From NCBI RefSeq assembly GCF_006345805.1, contig NW_021835250.1, positions 1 to 41,476 of the forward strand: DNA of 41,476 nt, in the 5' to 3' direction. Under the pieces are notes generated by a model that was given only the letters and a program-made list of their open reading frames with translations, had not been told where the DNA came from and searched no databases. This DNA comes from Octopus sinensis. Its lineage: Eukaryota. Positions within the stretch are counted from its first letter, which is position 1. The number at the start of each line of letters is the position of its first letter. Shown here piece after piece: positions 35,800 through 41,476 of the stretch. Made by a program: the position numbers and the translations under genes.

Positions 35800-35957
35800 G
35801 TAAGTGTAAAAAATAAAATAACGTATTCACCTGAGTACCCCTAAATATATTCGTCGGATATATGAGTATATTTATGGAATAACACACACACACACACACA
35901 TATACACATACACACACATATATACACACACACATACACACAGACACACATACATAC

Positions 35958-35993
<36 letters not shown>

Positions 35994-36180
35994 GTATATA
36001 TGAAATCATGATATGTAGGTAATCGTTTTATTTCGTAAATTTTCATTTACCTTGCTTTATGTTTTACATTTTGGAGTTTGCTGGGGTTTTTTTTTTTTGA
36101 GAACACACTCTTTGTGGTAAGGTGATTTGACGTCTATCTCTAGTGTATAGGAATCCACCTTAGTGTCATTCAACTTATTA

Positions 36181-36235
<55 letters not shown>

Positions 36236-36387
36236 TGGGCTGCTATTTCCAGCGTGGTGGTATCTCTTAGATACCCTAAATCATAATTTTAATAATAATT
36301 ATTACCTTTGAAGGTTTTTTATTCCCATGCTAGCCACTTGATTAGATCGATGTTTAAACAACGATCTTATCCATATTTATATAAATT

Positions 36388-36419
<32 letters not shown>

Positions 36420-36421
36420 GC

Positions 36422-36453
<32 letters not shown>

Positions 36454-36499
36454 ATGTATGTATGTATGTATGTATTATGTATGTATGTATGTATGTATG

Positions 36500-36705
36500 T
36501 AGGCGCATGTGGTAAGAAGCTTACTTTCCAACAACATGCTTCTGGGTTCAGTCTCATTGCGTGCCACCTTCGGCAAGTGTTTTCTACTATAACCTCAAGC
36601 TATATGTTACTTGTTATATATGTATATGCTTGTGTGTCTGTCTTTGTCCCCGCCCCCACAACCATCGCTTTACAACCGATGTTGGTGTATTTACGTCTCC
36701 GAGAA
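36500..36705 (+). mobile_element. SINE family A, degenerate
   Basis: taggcgcatgtggtaagaagc...ttcggcaagtgttttctactataacc. Confidence 0.6.
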
Positions 36706-37625
36706 ATCTTGTTCTATCCGTGGTACTTTTTGTCTCTACTACAACTGCAGTTTTTTTAAAGGAGTTGCACTTGCAACAGGAAATGTCAATAGAGCTTTCG
36801 TTACCTTGTTTTTATGCACATTATACTTTGTTTGAAACGAGGCACATTTTTTTTTGTATTTTTCACAAATTCTAGTAAAGCTTGGTACTTGAGGTAAAAA
36901 TTTAAGATTTTTGGTTTAACTGATGGATGCCTTTTGCCAAAGAAGAATTACCTTTTTTGCTAAAATCTTGACGAATTGTTTATTGAAAGGATCTTTCTTA
37001 ACTACATTCTTTTCTTTTTCTCATTCAAATAAAACACGTTTTAGTACGTCCTTGTAGTTTAACAAAACTCGCTCGCTAAGATCACATGGAGTGCCAAATA
37101 TTGGGCATTCAGTATCATGACCCGTTATTTACTTATGACTCATCACTGAATGCAAACAACACTAAATTTAACTCAATATTTAATTTTAATACAATGGCAA
37201 ATACAAGGTGCAAAGCAGAAAACTTCACACACGTACGACGTACGTCCACACATAATGACCTTTGCAGCGGTACTGGAGAGACGTTCACACTCCCTTTCTC
37301 TTATAGTCAATGCGGAAGTTCAAGATATTAGTCATTTGTATTGAAACTTGGTATGCAACCGCTTAAAAATACTATATTTACTGTTTTTGCATTCTGCTAT
37401 GTATAAATATGTATTCGTTACGACTTATAATCGATGAAGTACAAAATTCGAGCAAAAATACCGATTTTTAGAATTTTCAATTGCGTTGCGGAGCCTGAGA
37501 AAAATATTTAACCACAAAGTTCTTTATACAGCTTCCTTTAATCTTAATTCATAATAAAATATCATTTCTTAGTTACCAAATTTTTAAGATGCATTTTTCG
37601 CTCCACCCTAATATCCATATACTTG

Positions 37626-37669
<44 letters not shown>

Positions 37670-37800
37670 ATGGACACATACAAACATATACTCAAGCACA
37701 CACGCATGTCGGTACACAAGCCAATGGAAGTTCTAGGTCCAACATAGACAAGCTTCCATGTATGGTGCTTGCGTAAAATAAGAGCACAACTAAGTTAACA

Positions 37801-37887
37801 GTTCCCTACAGCTGTTTCAGGCGCATTATTTTTTATTGATGAATCGTTCGATTACCTGATGAAAAAACATGTTTTCTTCAGATTACT
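37801..37887 (-). ncRNA. Decayed hammerhead motif (inverted partner of 38070-38145)
   Basis: Minus strand reads CUGAAGA aaac...gcct GAAA cagctg UA gggaac. The core is intact but stems I and II are eroded. Confidence 0.45.
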
Positions 37888-38069
37888 GAAAATTCTTCTG
37901 GGGTAAAAAAAAAACTACAAGATGTGGATTGACCTTCTCGATTAGGGATCATTGAAGAGAGTGGAAACACATCGAGGGTTAGCTAGGTTTAACCGACTAT
38001 CAATGATACCTAACTGAGAGGCTTAGTCCGCATCTTGTGGTATTTCTTTTCTCTTAACCCAAATTTTAA

Positions 38070-38145
38070 TCACCTGAAGAAAACGATTTTTAATGATGTA
38101 ATCGGATGATTCACCAATAAAAAGGGTCTGAAACAGCTGTAGTGA
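38070..38145 (+). ncRNA. Type-I hammerhead motif, near-intact, sense in ADAMTS intron
   Basis: tcac CUGAAGA aaac...gtct GAAA cagctg UA^gtga. Stem I is 4 bp, stem II pairs 3/4, stem III is ACAGCUGU. Confidence 0.62.
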
Positions 38146-38164
38146 CCTTTAAAACATTTGTATG

Positions 38165-38206
<42 letters not shown>

Positions 38207-38638
38207 ATATATATATATATATATATATATAGATATATATATACATATATATTTGTATGTATTATATATCCATAATACATGCATGTGTTCATTCATTCAT
38301 TCATACATACATACATACATACATACATACATACATGTTTAAACACAAATTTGGAATCTGCTACATTCTATATAAATTCCCTAATGGGAATGACTAACTT
38401 TAAGAGAATCTTACATTGCTTATAAACTCTATATTTGGATGGACTCCTATTAAACTCTGTTGGACTTTTAGACTTTACTCATAGGATATTGGAATATTGC
38501 ATATATACCATTATGCCTAAAAAATGGATTTACAACTTCAATATCCATATATATCTTGCATCTATTTTCTTTCCTCTACATCACTCTCTATTTTGTATCA
38601 CATCGAAACTAACTATGACTTAACTTTCCTCTCACACC

Positions 38639-38690
38639 GTCTCCGATGAAGGGATATTATTAATTAATATCCTAGAAACATCTGTAAGAC
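38639..38690 (+). ncRNA. Type-I hammerhead motif (U4C variant), sense in ADAMTS intron
   Basis: gtct CCGAUGA a gggatatta-ttaat-taatatcct a GAAA catctg UA^agac. Stem I is 4 bp and stem II 9 bp; stem III is one change from ACAGCUGU. Confidence 0.6.
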
Positions 38691-38768
38691 CTTCTATCTA
38701 TAAATGCTCTAATATCTATACAGCCTTGGTTTTTTTATCTCATTACGCAAAAAAATCATCAACATACA

Positions 38769-38802
<34 letters not shown>

Positions 38803-38893
38803 CATACATACATACATACATACATACCTGCATGCATGCATGCATTCGTATGAACATGTATAACCACATGCACATATATTCTTATTTCTGTAG

Positions 38894-38957
38894 CCCAGCG
38901 TTTAAGGGAAAGGAATGTGAAGGTCGCCTTGAAGAATTCAAGATTTGCAAAACGGAC
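38894..38957 (+). CDS. ADAMTS2/3/14-like: ADAMTS exon K: end of TSP1 repeat
   Basis: Acceptor cttatttctgtag|. Translates (S)PAFKGKECEGRLEEFKICKTD. Donor GAC|GTAGGT; phase 2 to 0. Confidence 0.9.
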
Positions 38958-39297
38958 GTAGGTGGTATTATTTCTCATAGTTTACATATAAAAAAAAAAG
39001 TTTTTTAAAAAACCTGTAAAATTGAACATGGAACACCTGTCGTTTGTGTGAATGTAAACGGAAAACTATTGTGAGTATTTGAATAAATTTGAATATTTTA
39101 AAGTGAGATAATGTAGTGAATTATAACAGGAGAAAGTTCATCGCAGACGAGAAAACAAAGAAATAAAGAGAGTGAAAGATCATGAATGTATTACCCGTAA
39201 ATACACACACACAACACACAAACATACTCACGCGCGCATGTGTACTAAGCAAAATATATATGCAACATAAATATTTATACTTTGTCTACTTTATATA

Positions 39298-39344
<47 letters not shown>

Positions 39345-39361
39345 TATATATATATTATATA

Positions 39362-39414
<53 letters not shown>

Positions 39415-39545
39415 TATAAAATGAGATAGGGGTTGAAGTGTAGCTTTATGATGTATAAAGTTTTTTATATTTACATTTTTATATTTTTATATTTATATGT
39501 ATATGATTGTATAATATTTTTCACTATTATAACAAATTTATTTAA

Positions 39546-39655
39546 TTCTCTGAAGGCCGTGGGGCATCCTTGTTAATGCCCATTTATACCTGCCTTATGG
39601 CTTATAGGTTAAATGAGGTATGACTGTCCTCACTGCCGAAACAGCTGTCAGTTTG
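39546..39655 (+). ncRNA. Decayed hammerhead motif
   Basis: CUGAA followed by stem II ggccgtgggg/cctcactgcc (9/10) and GAAA cagctg UC. G8-A9 appears deleted and stem I is weak. Confidence 0.4.
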
Positions 39656-39885
39656 ATTTATTTGCATATTATTTGAAAATTTTTTACTTATATCTCTTTA
39701 TCTTGTTACTATTACTGTATATCTCATTTCATTTTATGTATTGCCTTTACTCATATGTAATGGTGTATTAAAGTATGGAGTGAGTATCATCGGATAGTTG
39801 ATGTTTTACTGATTTAAGTATATTTCCTCCATTCTCTAATTTTGTAGTATATATAATATATATTATATATATATATATATCTATA

Positions 39886-39917
<32 letters not shown>

Positions 39918-39992
39918 TATATACATTATATATTCCTTATAAATGTCCTGAAAACTCCTCACAGCCTTGGCTTTGTCATCTCATTTTGTCTG

Positions 39993-40024
<32 letters not shown>

Positions 40025-40072
40025 CACACATACATATATATATATATACTAATATAGATATATAGATATATT

Positions 40073-40121
<49 letters not shown>

Positions 40122-40577
40122 TATATGGGAGATAAGCACCTCTACCTAATGTTATATGATTTATGTGTATATATGTATATATACGTGTTTGTTGTGTGTG
40201 TGTGTGTGTGTGTATTTTGTGTGTGTTGTGTGTGTGTGGTGTGTGTGTTGGTGTGTGTGGTGTGTGTGGTGTGTGTGTGTGTGTGTGTGAGTGCGTATAA
40301 TGTATGTCGATGGGGTGCTGAAATTTCGGTGTCGCGAAAAGTCTGGTCAGCGGCCCAACCTCCTGAGTTCTTTTACAGGGTTTAGAAACCCGAAGGACCT
40401 CTGCAATAAGTGTGTGAATCTGAGACGGGAAATATGTTGAATGAAATCATAATTAACTGATACTTCTGTATTTTACCCAGGAACTTTTCAGCACTCCCCT
40501 CGTATATACCTATCAATGTGGATACACACATACATACATATATACATATATGCATACGTTATAATTTTTTGTTGTAG

Positions 40578-40683
40578 GTGTGTGTAAACAGCAGAGACAT
40601 GAGAGCTGAACAATGTGCACTTTTCGATGGCTATGTGATTGGAAACAACCAGCATACGTGGAGACCAACACAACTCGGAAACG
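40578..40683 (+). CDS. ADAMTS2/3/14-like: ADAMTS exon L: start of cysteine-rich domain (gene continues beyond window)
   Basis: Acceptor aattttttgttgtag|. Translates VCVNSRDMRAEQCALFDGYVIGNNQHTWRPTQLGN (cf. DFRAQQC...W.P). Donor G|GTAGGA; phase 0 to 1. Confidence 0.9.
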
Positions 40684-40806
40684 GTAGGATATTTTGTGCG
40701 TTTATTACACCCAGAATACTTAGTGAAAAGACGAAGTGTAGTTGATAGACGTGGCGTAAATTCGGAGACGTACACGCGAGGCAAAGTGTTTGATCTGAGA
40801 CCGTAT

Positions 40807-41067
40807 CTCTTTTACTCTTTTACTCTTTTACTTGTTTCAGTCATTTGACTGCGACCATGCTTGAGCACCGCCTTTAGTCGAGCAACTCGACCCCAGGACT
40901 TATTCTTTGTAAGCCTAGTACTTATTCTATCGGTCTCTTTTGCCGAACCGCTAAGTGACGGGGACGTAAATACACCCAAGCATCGGTTGTCAAGTGATGT
41001 TGGGGAGACAAACACATACATACAAAAACACACCCCACACACACACACACACACGCATATATATATA

Positions 41068-41117
<50 letters not shown>

Positions 41118-41280
41118 TATACGACGGGCTTCTTTCAGTTTTCGTCTACCAAATCCACTCACAAAGCTTTTCGGTCCGAGGCTATAGTGTAGAACACTTG
41201 CCCAAGGTGCCACGCAGTGGGAATGAACCCGGACTATGTGGTTGGTAAGCAGCTACTTATCACACAGCCACTCCTACGCC
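40807..41280 (-). mobile_element. SINE family A, full length
   Basis: Reverse complement of the 4653-5020 family, with an expanded internal microsatellite. Confidence 0.9.
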
Positions 41281-41369
41281 CATATGCTAAAGCTAAAACA
41301 TTACAGCATGGAAGATTGATATTAGCCATTCAAAACTCATACACACTCACACACACACACGATGACTGC

Positions 41370-41476
41370 TAACTTCGTTAGCACGCCATACGAAATTTAT
41401 AGCGGCATTCCTGAGTTCGAATTCTGCCGAGGTTGATTTTTCCATTTTGGTGGTTAACTAACATAAGTACCACTCA
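41370..41476 (+). mobile_element. SINE family B fragment
   Basis: gttagcacgcc...ctgagttcgaattctgccgagg...taagtacc. Confidence 0.65.

Larger units (their letters stand above)
37795..38150. mobile_element. Old degenerate foldback (about 140 bp arms) with hammerhead motifs in both arms
   Basis: ccctacagctgtttcag...gttttcttcag...caagatgtggattgacct aligns by eye to the reverse complement of 38008-38145. Confidence 0.65.

Overview
Eukaryotic, AT-rich, microsatellite-saturated DNA. The SINE families and repeat landscape look like an octopod cephalopod (Octopus-like); this is recognised by eye, not by a search. The window holds 12 internal coding exons (14676-40683, + strand) of an ADAMTS metalloprotease most similar to the ADAMTS2/3/14 procollagen N-proteinase clade: prodomain, RVRR furin site, reprolysin catalytic domain, disintegrin-like domain, central TSP1 repeat and the start of the Cys-rich domain. 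The signal-peptide exon was not found and the gene continues past the right edge. All exon junctions are phase-compatible except the one that splits the zinc-binding motif (29411/31162), which is one base short. Introns and upstream DNA contain several tRNA-derived SINE families, decayed RTE- and CR1/L2-like LINE fragments, R4/Dong-like retroelement fragments in (TAA)n tracts, a TTAA-flanked piggyBac-like MITE, a 24-25 bp minisatellite and several foldback elements. The most striking unannotated signal is a dense set of type-I hammerhead ribozyme motifs with palindromic stem III (about 7 intact or near-intact and several decayed copies, from different sequence families). Some are paired as inverted repeats and some lie sense within ADAMTS introns. 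This architecture is known from Penelope-like retroelements and retrozymes. Almost all ORFs in the supplied track are microsatellite artefacts.
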